Of a stretch of 64,000 nucleotides of DNA, positions 1 to 9,612 are shown in pieces; the stretch's first letter is position 1, and each line of letters opens with the position of its first letter. This stretch comes from Dehalococcoidia bacterium (lineage in GTDB: Bacteria; Chloroflexota; Dehalococcoidia; DSTF01; RBG-16-68-14): positions 1 through 64,000 of the forward strand of contig JBBEBM010000043.1 of the NCBI GenBank assembly GCA_040882355.1. The letters run 5' to 3'. Position numbers and translations under genes: made by a program. Under the pieces are notes generated by a model. It searched no databases. It saw only the letters and a program-made list of their open reading frames with translations, and was not told the DNA's origin.

Positions 1-300
1 GGTAGGCGTCGGTGTATCCGTCGCGGTCGGCGTTGGCGTCGGCGTGTCGGTAGGCGTCGGCGTGTCGGTCGCCGTCGGCGTTGGCGTCGGTGTGTCGGTA
101 GGCGTAGGCGTGTCGGTCGGCGTCGCTGTCGGCAGCGGCGTGTCAGTCGCCGTCGGGGTGTCGGTAGGTGTATCCGTCGGCGTCGCCGTTTCCACGGGCG
201 TGTCCGTGGGTGTCGGCGTGTCCGTGTCCGTGGGCGTTGGCGTCGCGGTATCTGTTGGCGTATCGGTCGGGGTGTCGGTCGGCGTCGGCGTCGCCTCCGT
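1..300 (-). repeat. Coding low-complexity repeat encoding ([12 protein letters not shown])n
   Basis: Repeated gtcggcgt/gtgtcggt units on the + strand. Confidence 0.9.
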
Positions 301-933
301 GTACGTCACCCGCACCGCCGCCCAGTCCAGGAAGAAGTCCCGCGCCACGTCCGTGCTGTCCGCCGTCAGCCGCACCCGGAAGTTCGCGTTGCTCAGCTCA
401 GCCGCCGTCCACGAACGCCCCCAGGTGTCGCTCGCGCCGCCCAGCACCACGGTCCGCTCCGTTGCGCTCGAGACGCCGTCCGTCTGCGCCGCCGTCCACG
501 TCGTCCCCCCGTCCCACGACAGCTCCGCGCTCAGGCTGTTCGTCCCCGCCACGTCGTCCAGCCACCAGTCCAGCCGCACTTCGATCCCCTCGACGCTCGC
601 GTCCCCGGGGATCGCGATCCCGTAGTCGAAGTACCGGTGCCGGTCTCCCGCACCATCGATGTTCGACGCGAACGACGCGTCGTCCGCGAAGGCGTCCGTC
701 GGGTTCAGCTCGAAGCCGTCGTTGTCTCCGCCCGTGTCCGCCGCCTCCGCCGTCGCATTCAGGAAGCCCGTATCCACCGCCCCCGCCCGGTCGCTGCTCA
801 CCACCGCCACCAGCAGCGTCGCGAGCGTCGCCACCAGCGTCAGGACGAGGAGGGGTAGCCCCCGCGCTCGCCCCCACGATTCAGCGATTCGCTTGCTGCG
901 CCCGCCTTGGGCGGACAGAAGCTGCTTTCGCAT
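1..933 (-). CDS. Secreted/surface protein with N-terminal hydrophobic signal, beta-rich domain and long Thr/Pro linker (3' end outside window)
   Basis: Manual translation from ATG 933: MRKQLL...[22 protein letters not shown]...[20 protein letters not shown]...; frame open to base 1; absent from the ORF track because there is no stop in the window. Confidence 0.85.
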   Translation of the reverse strand, partial: MRKQLLSAQGGRSKRIAESWGRARGLPLLVLTLVATLATLLVAVVSSDRAGAVDTGFLNATAEAADTGGDNDGFELNPTDAFADDASFASNIDGAGDRHRYFDYGIAIPGDASVEGIEVRLDWWLDDVAGTNSLSAELSWDGGTTWTAAQTDGVSSATERTVVLGGASDTWGRSWTAAELSNANFRVRLTADSTDVARDFFLDWAAVRVTYTEATPTPTDTPTDTPTDTATPTPTDTDTPTPTDTPVETATPTDTPTDTPTATDTPLPTATPTDTPTPTDTPTPTPTATDTPTPTDTPTPTPTATDTPTPT

Positions 934-1446
934 GCTCACAAAGCCGTACTTTCTAGATGAAGGAAGCGCGCGGGGCGTCTCGCTCCCTGGCTCAAAGGTG
1001 TGCGGTTACCCTGGGCCGTCCTACCTCTTAGAACCGGGCGGACGCCCTGGCATTGCGCGCGAAACCTAAGGTACGAGAAAACCACCTGGGCCCAGCTGCT
1101 CCCCCAGGCGGCTTGCTGGATGCGCTCTCCGGAGCTACCTCACTGCCTACCCAGGAGCCGCGTTCCTGCGGCGCGGCGAGGTCTCCTGCTTGAGATGCCC
1201 CTCTTATGTACTCTATTTCCCTTCAGCCGTCAAGAGGTTGCCACGCCTTCATCTACTCCGTTGGTCGCATCTTCCGTAGGGCGGCCTTAGGTGAAGCGAC
1301 CTGCGGTGCATGAGGGCGCGCGCCCCGCTCCCCTAGCCGGAAAGCCCGCCGACAATGCAGGGCGTTCCGAATGGTCGCGCCTGGCTCGTTCGGGCAAGCT
1401 GAATAGGCAAGCATCGCCGCGAACGCCAGAGGGAGATCGACTCCAT

Positions 1447-2037
1447 ATGCCGGACCTCAGCCGCCCGCCCGATTACCTGAACGCCCTGCGCGACACCCTC
1501 GCCCGCCTCGACGTCGCCATCGTCGACACCATCACCGAGGCGCTGCTGCGCGCTCGCGACCAGGCTCGAACCGTGTTCATCATCGGCAACGGAGGCAGCG
1601 CCTCCACCGCCGCTCACATGGCGACTGACCTCTGCAAGGTCACGGCTGTCGACGGCAAGGCCGGCGTTCGCGCCGTCTCGCTGCCCGACAATGTCGCGCT
1701 GCTCACCGCATGGTCGAACGACGCAGCTTACGAGCAGAGTTTCGCCGGCCCGCTCCGAGCCTATCTTTCGCCCGGCGACGTGCTCATCGCCATCTCAGCC
1801 AGCGGCCGCTCCCCGAACGTGCTGGAGGCGACACGCGTCGCCAACGAGCTGGACGCGCTCACCGTAGGCCTCAGCGGCTTTGGCGGCGGCGAGCTTGCGC
1901 GGCTCGCGCAAATCAGCCTCGTAGTCGACGCGTGCGACTACGGGCTCGTCGAGGACGCCCATCTGGCCGTCAACCACGCGCTCACTGCCGCCGTCAAGGC
2001 CCGCATCCGCGATCGTATTGAGGCGGAAGCAGCGTGA
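1447..2037 (+). CDS. gmhA: Phosphoheptose (sedoheptulose-7-P) isomerase, SIS domain
   Basis: IIGNGGSASTAAH, ISASGRSPNV, GLSGFGGG, VEDAHL motifs; GAGGGAG upstream of ATG 1447. Confidence 0.88.
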   Translation: MPDLSRPPDYLNALRDTLARLDVAIVDTITEALLRARDQARTVFIIGNGGSASTAAHMATDLCKVTAVDGKAGVRAVSLPDNVALLTAWSNDAAYEQSFAGPLRAYLSPGDVLIAISASGRSPNVLEATRVANELDALTVGLSGFGGGELARLAQISLVVDACDYGLVEDAHLAVNHALTAAVKARIRDRIEAEAA

Positions 2038-3200
2038 CGCTCGGCACATCGATGAAGGTCGCGCTCGTCCACGACTATCTCGTGGAACGCGGCGGCGCCG
2101 AGAAGGTGCTGGCCGCGCTCCACCAGACGTTGCCGGACGCGCCCATCTACACCTCGGTCCACAACCCGGACACCACGCTAGACGTTTTCCGCGGGGCCGA
2201 CGTGCGCGCATCGTTCCTGCAGCGCCTGAGCGCGCACCCGCATCGCTACCGCGCCCTGCTGCCGCTCTACCCGCTCGCCTTTCGCTCGTTCGACCTTTCG
2301 GCGTACGACCTGATCATTAGCAGCGCGTCAGGTTTTGCCAAGGGCGTCCGCAAGGCGCCCGGCGCTCGCCACGTCTGCTACTGCTACACGCCGCCCCGGT
2401 TCGTCTGGGGTTACCAGGACGCGAACCACCACGAACGCGTGGGCGCCGCCGGTCGCTGGGGCCTACGCGCGCTCCGTCCGTACCTGGCCCGGCGCGATCG
2501 CGTCGACGCCAGGAGCGTCGACCGGTTCCTCACCAGCTCGAAGTACGTCGCGGACCGCATCGCGAGCGTCTACGGGCGCGACGCGACGGTGCTGCCGCCG
2601 CCGATCGACTGCGCAGGGTTCACCCCGGCGGACGAGCGCATCGACGACTTCCTCCTCGTCTCCCGCCTCGTGCCATACAAGCGGGTCGATACCGCAATCG
2701 AAGCGTTCAACCGCAACGGCCTGCCGTTGATCGTCGTCGGCGACGGCCGCGACCGCCGCCGCCTCGAAGCGATGGCGAGGAGCGATCGCATTCGTTTCCT
2801 CGGCCACCTGCCGCAGCACGATGTGCGCGAGCTGCTCGCTAGCTGTCGGGCGCTCATCGTCACCGGCGAGGAGGACTTCGGCATGGCCGCGCTCGAGGCG
2901 AACGCCTCCGGCCGGCCGGTGATCGCGTACGGCGCGGGCGGCGCGCTGGAGACCGTCGTCCCTGGCGTCACCGGCCTCACCTTTGAAGAACAGACGGCCG
3001 CTGCGCTGATTGAGGCCGTCGATCGCTTCCAGGGCCTTGCCTTCGGCGCGGAGACCCTCGTCGGCCACGCCCGCCGCTTCGACACGTCGCAGTTCCAGAA
3101 CGCGGTCCGGGCCATCGTGCACGAAGAGGCGCGCCTTGCCGCCGCGCCCGGCGGCGAGCGTGTCGCCGGGCCGCTCCAACAAGGAGAGGCCCGCTCATGA
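2034..3200 (+). CDS. GT4 glycosyltransferase (WbaZ-like)
   Basis: KVALVHDYLVERGGAEKV, VSRLVPYKRVD, EEDFGMAALEANASGRPV. Confidence 0.92.
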   Translation: MTLGTSMKVALVHDYLVERGGAEKVLAALHQTLPDAPIYTSVHNPDTTLDVFRGADVRASFLQRLSAHPHRYRALLPLYPLAFRSFDLSAYDLIISSASGFAKGVRKAPGARHVCYCYTPPRFVWGYQDANHHERVGAAGRWGLRALRPYLARRDRVDARSVDRFLTSSKYVADRIASVYGRDATVLPPPIDCAGFTPADERIDDFLLVSRLVPYKRVDTAIEAFNRNGLPLIVVGDGRDRRRLEAMARSDRIRFLGHLPQHDVRELLASCRALIVTGEEDFGMAALEANASGRPVIAYGAGGALETVVPGVTGLTFEEQTAAALIEAVDRFQGLAFGAETLVGHARRFDTSQFQNAVRAIVHEEARLAAAPGGERVAGPLQQGEARS

Positions 3201-4189
3201 CAGGCCGATACCGCCCGCTCGATCTCGACGCGGTGCGGCTGCGCCCGATAGGTGAGCGCGCCCACAAGGTGCGCCTGGAGGACTTCGGCCGAACGCCCAG
3301 CGCCGGCGCGTCCTTCGCCGAGTTCATCGACGCGCTGCCTCACATTCTCAAGGGCAACGACCTGCGCGAAGTCGTCGAAGGACTCGCCCGCTCCGTCGAG
3401 CGGGGCAAGCCTGTGGTCTTCGGCCTCGGAGCGCACGTGATCAAGTGCGGCCTTAGTTCGCTCATCATCGACCTCATCGACCGCGGAGTGATCTCGGCCG
3501 TCGCTCTCAACGGCGGCGGGGCGATCCACGACTTCGAGCTCGCAATGTTCGGCGCAACCTCCGAGGACGTCGAAGCGAACCTCGCCGGCGGCCAATACGG
3601 CATGATCGCCGAGACGGCCCAGGGCTTCCACGCAGCGCTGGCGGCGCCTGACGGCGAGGGTGGCCTCGGCTGGGCGCTCGGTCGCGCGCTCACCAGGGCG
3701 GCCGCGCCCTACGGCCACCTGAGCATCCTTCAGCGCGGCTACGACGCGGGCGTGCCCGTCACCGTCCACGTCGCCATCGGCACCGACACGGTGCACATGC
3801 TGCCCGGCGTCGACGCTGGGCGCATCGGCGCGCTCAGCCACCGCGACTTCCGCCTGCTCGCCGCGGTGATCGCTGAGATGCGAGGAGGCGGCGCCTACGT
3901 CAACGCCGGCTCTGCCGTCGTGCTGCCGGAGGTCTTCCTCAAGTGCGTCGCCCTCTGCCGCAACCTGGGCCACGACATCGGCGGGTTCACGACTCTCGAT
4001 CTGGATATGGTGCGCCACTACCGGCCAATGACGAACGTCGTCGCGCGCCACACAACGCTCGGCGCGCGCGGCTACGCGATCACCGGCCACCACGAGCTGC
4101 TCCTGCCCCTGATCGCCTTCGCCCTCGTGGAGCGCCTCGAGGCGGACGCCGCGTCCGCACCCATGGACCGGAGCCACGCCCATGTCTGA
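3197..4189 (+). CDS. Uncharacterised deoxyhypusine-synthase-like fold protein
   Basis: GLGAHVIKCGL, NGGGAIHDFE, VHVAIGTD, GSAVVLPEVFLK, ITGHHELLLP; ATGA overlap with the upstream GT4 gene and an 8-bp overlap with the downstream kinase gene. Confidence 0.7.
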   Translation: MTGRYRPLDLDAVRLRPIGERAHKVRLEDFGRTPSAGASFAEFIDALPHILKGNDLREVVEGLARSVERGKPVVFGLGAHVIKCGLSSLIIDLIDRGVISAVALNGGGAIHDFELAMFGATSEDVEANLAGGQYGMIAETAQGFHAALAAPDGEGGLGWALGRALTRAAAPYGHLSILQRGYDAGVPVTVHVAIGTDTVHMLPGVDAGRIGALSHRDFRLLAAVIAEMRGGGAYVNAGSAVVLPEVFLKCVALCRNLGHDIGGFTTLDLDMVRHYRPMTNVVARHTTLGARGYAITGHHELLLPLIAFALVERLEADAASAPMDRSHAHV

Positions 4190-5216
4190 GCGCTACCCGA
4201 TCGTCGACGGCCAGTGGCCGTCGCTCGCGAAGGCATTCGGCCGGCGGACCGTGCTCGTGGTCGGCGACGTAATGCTCGACCACACCGCATCCGGCCGGGC
4301 CCCCCGCCTCAGCCCGGAGGCGCCCGTGCCGGTGCTCATCGTCGATGAAGAGTCGTACGGACTGGGCGGCGCCGCCAACGTCGCCCGCAACCTGGTGTCC
4401 CTGGGCGCCCGCGCTCGCGTCGTCGGCGTTGCCGGCGCTGACGAAGCCGGCGAACGGCTGCTCGGCCTGTGCCGCGCGGAGTCGATCGACGAGCGCGCCG
4501 TCCTCATCGCCAAAGACCGCCCGACCACGGAGAAGACGCGCTTCATCGCTCACGCCCAGCAGGTGCTCCGCGTCGACAGTGAGACCGCGCAGCCGCTCAC
4601 CTCGGACGAAGAACGGTGGCTCATCGAACGCATCGCGGCAAGCGCCCCGATTGACGCCGTGATCGTCTCCGACTACGCGAAGGGCGTCGTCACCGGCGGC
4701 GTGATCGCCGCCGCGGTCGATGTCGCTCGCAGGTCCGGCGCGCCCTGCATCGTCGATCCGAAGGGCGTTCGCTTCGAGCGCTACGCCGGGTGCACGCTGA
4801 TCACCCCCAACGCCGAGGAGGCGATGGCCGCGACGCATCTGCCGCTGCGCGACGACGCCGCCGCGGAAGCGATCGGCCGCGCGTTACTCGGCGCTGTCGG
4901 CTGCGAGGCCGTAGTGATCACGCGAGGGCAGGACGGCGTCAGTCTCGTGACGAACCAGCAGGCGTGGCACCTCCCCGCCCAGGCGCAGGACGTGTTCGAC
5001 GTCGCCGGCGCGGGCGATACACTCGTCGCCGCGCTGACGCTCGCCTGCGCGTGCGCGGCGCCGTTGCCCGCGGCCGTCGCTCTCGCCAACAGCGCTGCCG
5101 GGCTGGTCGTCCGCGCGCGCGGCGTCGTCACCACAACGCGTGACGAGCTCGGCCGCGCGCTGGCGGCGCAAGAATCGAGCCACCGCAACACGCGAAAGGA
5201 GCGGACCGCCGCATGA
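4182..5216 (+). CDS. rfaE1: D-glycero-beta-D-manno-heptose-7-phosphate kinase (HldE domain I / HldA)
   Basis: VGDVMLD, RLSPEAPVPV, GGAANVA, SDYAKG, TPNAEE, DVAGAGDT. Confidence 0.93.
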   Translation: MSERYPIVDGQWPSLAKAFGRRTVLVVGDVMLDHTASGRAPRLSPEAPVPVLIVDEESYGLGGAANVARNLVSLGARARVVGVAGADEAGERLLGLCRAESIDERAVLIAKDRPTTEKTRFIAHAQQVLRVDSETAQPLTSDEERWLIERIAASAPIDAVIVSDYAKGVVTGGVIAAAVDVARRSGAPCIVDPKGVRFERYAGCTLITPNAEEAMAATHLPLRDDAAAEAIGRALLGAVGCEAVVITRGQDGVSLVTNQQAWHLPAQAQDVFDVAGAGDTLVAALTLACACAAPLPAAVALANSAAGLVVRARGVVTTTRDELGRALAAQESSHRNTRKERTAA

Positions 5217-5761
5217 ACGGAAAGCTGCTCTCCCTGGAGGACGCCGAAGCCCGCTGCCGGACGATCCAGGCGCAGGGTCGGCGCGTCGTGCTGACCAACG
5301 GCTGCTTCGACCTGCTGCACGTGGGTCACGTGCGCTACCTGCGCAAGGCGCGCGGACTGGGCGATGCGCTCGTCGTCGCGCTGAACAGCGATGCCTCCGC
5401 CCGCGCGCTCAAGGGCCCGGCGCGGCCCATCGTGCGCGAGGAGGAACGGGCCGAAGTGGTAGCGGCGCTCGCCTCCGTGGACTACGTTACCGTCTTCGAC
5501 GATGCGACCGCGGAGGGTGTGGTGAGCGCGCTGCGGCCCGACATCTACGTGAAGGGCGGCGACTACGACACAGACCGCCGGGACCTGCCCGAGGCCGGCG
5601 TCGTGCGAGGCTACGGCGGCACCGTCTTCCTGCTCGAACTCGAGCCTGGCACCGGAACCACCGAGATCATCCGGACGGTCGTGCGCCGCTATCGCGACGG
5701 CCTCTTCTCCTGGCCGAGGACCGCGCTGCCGCCTGTGAGGGACGCCGTTGCTGGCGGCTAG
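5213..5761 (+). CDS. rfaE2: D-glycero-beta-D-manno-heptose-1-phosphate adenylyltransferase (HldE domain II / HldC)
   Basis: TNGCFDLLHVGHVRYL, LNSDAS, KGPARP, YVKGGDY. Confidence 0.93.
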   Translation: MNGKLLSLEDAEARCRTIQAQGRRVVLTNGCFDLLHVGHVRYLRKARGLGDALVVALNSDASARALKGPARPIVREEERAEVVAALASVDYVTVFDDATAEGVVSALRPDIYVKGGDYDTDRRDLPEAGVVRGYGGTVFLLELEPGTGTTEIIRTVVRRYRDGLFSWPRTALPPVRDAVAGG

Positions 5762-7232
5762 CGACCGCATCGCCTTCGGCCGGTCGGCACCCGGCGGCGC
5801 GCTCGATCTCGCGCCCGCGGCCGGACGCTGGCTACCCCTCGCGGGCGTCATCGCGGCGGGCGCCGCCGGCATGCTGGCCGGAAGGTTCGACGCCCTGCCG
5901 GCCGCTATGCTGCTCCTCGCCGTCGCGTCGCTCCTCGCTGCGCTGCTCAGCGCCCATGCCGCGGTTGCCCTCCTCATCGCGCTCCTGGTGATACCGCTGG
6001 AGACTACGGGGCTGCTCGCGGGCCGGCTTAACCAGGTCGATACGCTCTACGGAGCCGCGGTGTTGGGCCTCGCCCTTCGAGCGTTCGCATCGAAGGAGCG
6101 CCTGGCGCTCCAACCGGTTGGGCTCGCGCTGCTCGCGTTCATCGCTGCCGGCACAGTCGCGCTCGCTGCCGGGGTCCTCAGCACCGACACACTCAACGCG
6201 GCGCTGGGCCACTTTAGAGGCCCGTTCGGCTACGCGCTCATCCCCGCGCTCGTCCTCACGATGGGAAAGGAGGGCAAGAGCAAGCGCCAGGCGCTGCTCT
6301 GGCTCCTCTGCGCGGTCGCCGTCATCACCGCGGCGCGCGCCGTCCTCGCCTGGGCGCAGCTCAACGGACTGGTTCACCTGAGTGGCGTGCTCGCGCGCCT
6401 CGCCGCCCCTGGCGAGGATCAGCGGATCGGCGTCGTGGCGGCCACGGGGGGCGAGTTCGGCTATCTGCGCGCCTGGGCCGGCAACTTCGAAGGTAACTCC
6501 CTCGGCACCTTCCTCGTGCTTATCGCCCCGGTCAGCGCCTACTTCGCCCTTCAGAGCCGGTCTCACGCCCTTCGACTGGCCTTCGGCGCAGCGACAGCGC
6601 TGCTCCTCGTCGCGCTCATGGCAAGCTACTCGCGCGGGGCGTACCTCGGCCTGGCTGCTGCCTCGCTACCTTTGATCTTCAATCTGTGGCGCCGCTCGCC
6701 TCTGGGCGCGATCGCTCTCGTACTGACCTCGGGCATGTTGCTGGTTTTCCTTGCCAGCGAGCTGCCCGGCGCCCAGGACCGCCTGATAACGTTGGGCGCC
6801 CTGGGCGACGACCCCACCGTGCAGCACCGGCAGATCGTCTACCAGCAGGTGCTCGATGCCTTTCGTCAGAACCCGATCTGGGGCATTGGCCTGGGCACCC
6901 GCTTGGGTGAATTCGGCACCGGCGGCGACTCCCTCTACCTCTTCCTCCTACTCCACGGCGGACTGCTCGTCTCCGGCGCCTTCCTCTTGCTCGTCTGGGT
7001 CGCCGGACGTCAGGTGATCGACGCGTTTCGCGCCGGCCGGTTGAGCGGCCTCGATCTCGCGGTAGCGGCGGGGCTGTCGGGATTCGCCGTCCACTCCGCC
7101 GTCGACTACACGCTCTGGAACCCGAAGGTGGCGCTCACCATGTGGCTCATGGTCGGCTTCCTCATGGCAGCCGTCCTGGAACACGGCGACGAGCGCGTGG
7201 AGGACCCGCCGGTGGAGGAGCCGCAATGGTAG
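5748..7232 (+). CDS. O-antigen ligase/polymerase family membrane protein (Wzy_C)
   Basis: Many TM segments; NSLGTFL, SYSRGAYLG, NPIWGIGLG, HSAVD. Confidence 0.85.
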   Translation: MLAASDRIAFGRSAPGGALDLAPAAGRWLPLAGVIAAGAAGMLAGRFDALPAAMLLLAVASLLAALLSAHAAVALLIALLVIPLETTGLLAGRLNQVDTLYGAAVLGLALRAFASKERLALQPVGLALLAFIAAGTVALAAGVLSTDTLNAALGHFRGPFGYALIPALVLTMGKEGKSKRQALLWLLCAVAVITAARAVLAWAQLNGLVHLSGVLARLAAPGEDQRIGVVAATGGEFGYLRAWAGNFEGNSLGTFLVLIAPVSAYFALQSRSHALRLAFGAATALLLVALMASYSRGAYLGLAAASLPLIFNLWRRSPLGAIALVLTSGMLLVFLASELPGAQDRLITLGALGDDPTVQHRQIVYQQVLDAFRQNPIWGIGLGTRLGEFGTGGDSLYLFLLLHGGLLVSGAFLLLVWVAGRQVIDAFRAGRLSGLDLAVAAGLSGFAVHSAVDYTLWNPKVALTMWLMVGFLMAAVLEHGDERVEDPPVEEPQW

Positions 7233-8809
7233 CCGGTCAGCAGGCGATAGCGGCCGTCCGCGCGAGGCCCAGGTTGACCCTCTTGCGTGCCAGCTTGCTC
7301 CTTCTCGCTGTCGCGGGCGCGTCCAAGCTGACAACCCTCGCCGCCGACTCCTACGTCGCGGCCCGCTTCGGCTTGAGCGCCGACGCCGACGCCTACCTGC
7401 TCGCCGTCGGCCTGCTCGGCGCGTTGCTCGGGGCGCCCAGCGAGACCCTGCGGCTCGCCCTTGTGCCGATCTGCGGACGCTACCTGCGCCAGGGCGATCG
7501 GCGGCGCGCGGCGGGCGTCGTCGCGCTCGTGCTGGGCGCCGCCGTGGTCGTCGGCGGCGCGGCGGCGCTTGCCCTCGGGCTGAGCGCGCCCTGGCTCGCT
7601 CCGCTCGCCGCTCCCGGCTTTGAAGGCGCCACGCGCGACACCGCCGTCCAGCTTACGCGAATGCTCGCGCCCGCGCTCCTGCTCGGACTCGTCATGTCCG
7701 TGCTGCTCGGCGTCTTGCACGCTCAGCTCCGCTTCGGCGTGCCGGCCGTCGCGGGCATCGGACTGAGCGCCGGCGTCATCGGCGGCGGTGTCCTTCTCAG
7801 CGACGCCCTGGGTGTGAGCGCGCTCGCCGCCGGCTACGTAGCAGGCACGGGTGTGGCCGTGCTGGTGCTGGCGTGGCTGGCGCGCGGCCTCTTCCGCGAA
7901 GGCGCCGCCCTGCGCGGCGCTCGAGGCGAGCTGGCGCCCTTCGTTCGCCTCGCCCTTCCCACCGGCATCGCGATCACGATCGTCAGCAGCGGCGCCGTCA
8001 TCGAGCGCGCCGTCGCCTCAGCGACAGGCGCCGGCAACGTGGCCGCGCTCGGCTTCGCGATCAAGCTCGTCACGCAGGCCGGCATCATCTCCCAGAGCAT
8101 CTGGACGCCGCTCACTCCGCTGCTCATCGCCTCCGGCAGCGGCAGCCGCGACAACGACCCGCTGCTCGTCGCGTTTTCGATCAAGCTCGTCCTGCTCATC
8201 CTCACACTCGCGACGTCGCTCATCATCGCCCTGCGCGAGCCGCTCGTCGCCGTCATCCTGGAACGAGGCGCGTTCACCGCCGCCGACACCAGCAAGACGG
8301 CCACATTGCTCGCGCTGCACAGCGGCTCGCTGGTCGGCGAAGGGCTGTTCATGGTCGCCGTCGCCGCCCTCCTCTCCCTCTACGATGCAACGACGCGCCT
8401 CGTCGGGTCAGTGCTCTTCATCGTTGCCAAGGTCGTCCTCATGTTCGCGCTGGCGCCCGTCATCGGCGTCGCCGGTGTGGCCATCGCCGCGTCCGTCTCC
8501 AGCCTGCTCGCCGGGGCCTTCTCAGTCGCCGTGCTTGCCCGTCGCTTCCCGAGCGACACGACGCGCGATCTGCTCGCCTGCGGGGCGAAGGCCGCGCTCG
8601 CCGGATTGGTCGCGCTGGCCGTGGCTGGCGTGATCGCCGGGCTGGTCAGCAGCGCATCGCCTTCGAGCAACGTCGTCGTCCTCGCCCTCGGCGGCCTGGC
8701 CGCGACAGCCGCGTATCTCATCGTGCTGCTGGTCCTGCGCGTCCAGGAGATCGAGACGATCTTCCGCGGGGCGCAGCAACGCCTGACTCAGGTCTGGAGC
8801 CGTCCATGA
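7226..8809 (+). CDS. MurJ/MviN-like MOP flippase
   Basis: AARFGLSADADAYLLA, APGF, ERGAFTAADT, GVAGVAIA; many TM segments; GGAGGAG RBS before ATG 7226. Confidence 0.85.
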   Translation: MVAGQQAIAAVRARPRLTLLRASLLLLAVAGASKLTTLAADSYVAARFGLSADADAYLLAVGLLGALLGAPSETLRLALVPICGRYLRQGDRRRAAGVVALVLGAAVVVGGAAALALGLSAPWLAPLAAPGFEGATRDTAVQLTRMLAPALLLGLVMSVLLGVLHAQLRFGVPAVAGIGLSAGVIGGGVLLSDALGVSALAAGYVAGTGVAVLVLAWLARGLFREGAALRGARGELAPFVRLALPTGIAITIVSSGAVIERAVASATGAGNVAALGFAIKLVTQAGIISQSIWTPLTPLLIASGSGSRDNDPLLVAFSIKLVLLILTLATSLIIALREPLVAVILERGAFTAADTSKTATLLALHSGSLVGEGLFMVAVAALLSLYDATTRLVGSVLFIVAKVVLMFALAPVIGVAGVAIAASVSSLLAGAFSVAVLARRFPSDTTRDLLACGAKAALAGLVALAVAGVIAGLVSSASPSSNVVVLALGGLAATAAYLIVLLVLRVQEIETIFRGAQQRLTQVWSRP

Positions 8810-9612
8810 ACCGCGCGACGCTCTCCGTGGTCACGATCGCCCTGAACGAGGCGCTTCGTCTGGAACGCTGCCGCCGGAGCGCCTCCTGGGCGGACGAGTG
8901 GGTCGTGGTCGACTCCGGCAGCAGCGATGGTACGCAGGACGTCGCTCGCTCGCTCGGCGCGCGCGTCCTGGAGCGCCCCTTCGACAACTTCTCGAGCCAG
9001 TGGAACTACGCCGCCGAACAGGCCCGCGGTGACTGGGTGCTCGTTCTCGCCGCCGACGAGCAGGTGTCGCCAGAGCTCAGCCAGGAGATCGAGCGCGTCC
9101 TGCGCCGCGCGGGCGGCCCAAGCTGCTACGCCATGCCCAGGCGCAACGTGCTCTTCGGGCGCTGGTTGCGTCACGGCGGTCAGTACCCGGACTGGTCCTT
9201 CCGCCTCTTCCGCAAAGGAACGGCCCGCTGGGTCGGCGACATCCACGAGCAGCTATCGTACGATGGCGGGGCCAGCCGGCTCCAGCACGCCCTCGTTCAC
9301 CACAGCTTCGCCACGCTCACGGAGTGGATCCAGAAGATGGACCGCCAGACCGGCCAGGAGGCGCGCTTCGCCCATCAGGCCGGGAAGAAAGCCTCGTTGC
9401 TGGACGTGACGGTACGGCCGTTCTACTGGTTCGCTCGCATGTATGTGGCCCGACGCGCCTTCCTGGATGGCTGGCCGGGTCTGCTTCATAGCGGCTGCAG
9501 CGCCGTCTGCATCTTCTTCCGCTACGCCAAGCTCCGGGAGCTTTGCGCGCATCATCACGAGCCCCGCGGACAGAATCGAAACGAAGCCGCGGCCGTCCAG
9601 AGGAGTGGTTAG
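8806..9612 (+). CDS. GT2 glycosyltransferase (WaaE/KdtX-like)
   Basis: LSVVTIALNE, VVDSGSSDGT, RLFRK, IHE, FLDGWPG. Confidence 0.9.
   Translation: MNRATLSVVTIALNEALRLERCRRSASWADEWVVVDSGSSDGTQDVARSLGARVLERPFDNFSSQWNYAAEQARGDWVLVLAADEQVSPELSQEIERVLRRAGGPSCYAMPRRNVLFGRWLRHGGQYPDWSFRLFRKGTARWVGDIHEQLSYDGGASRLQHALVHHSFATLTEWIQKMDRQTGQEARFAHQAGKKASLLDVTVRPFYWFARMYVARRAFLDGWPGLLHSGCSAVCIFFRYAKLRELCAHHHEPRGQNRNEAAAVQRSG

Noticed and set aside
1..300. Possible CRISPR or tandem non-coding array
   Set aside because: In-frame codon repeats with no unique spacers; no cas genes in the window
44..625. Val/Gly-repeat ORF on the + strand
   Set aside because: Antisense shadow of the Thr/Pro linker gene on the - strand
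975..1160. c-di-GMP-I riboswitch-like or JUMPstart-like words on the - strand
   Set aside because: Only partial resemblance; no GGCAAA/GAAA P2 arm and no GGCGGTAG ops core; would need an Infernal hit
2570..4183. Long antisense ORFs (also 33894-35315, 44577-46250, 50097-51635, 55717-57927, 60859-62451)
   Set aside because: Typical high-GC shadow frames opposite well-supported genes; no recognisable motifs
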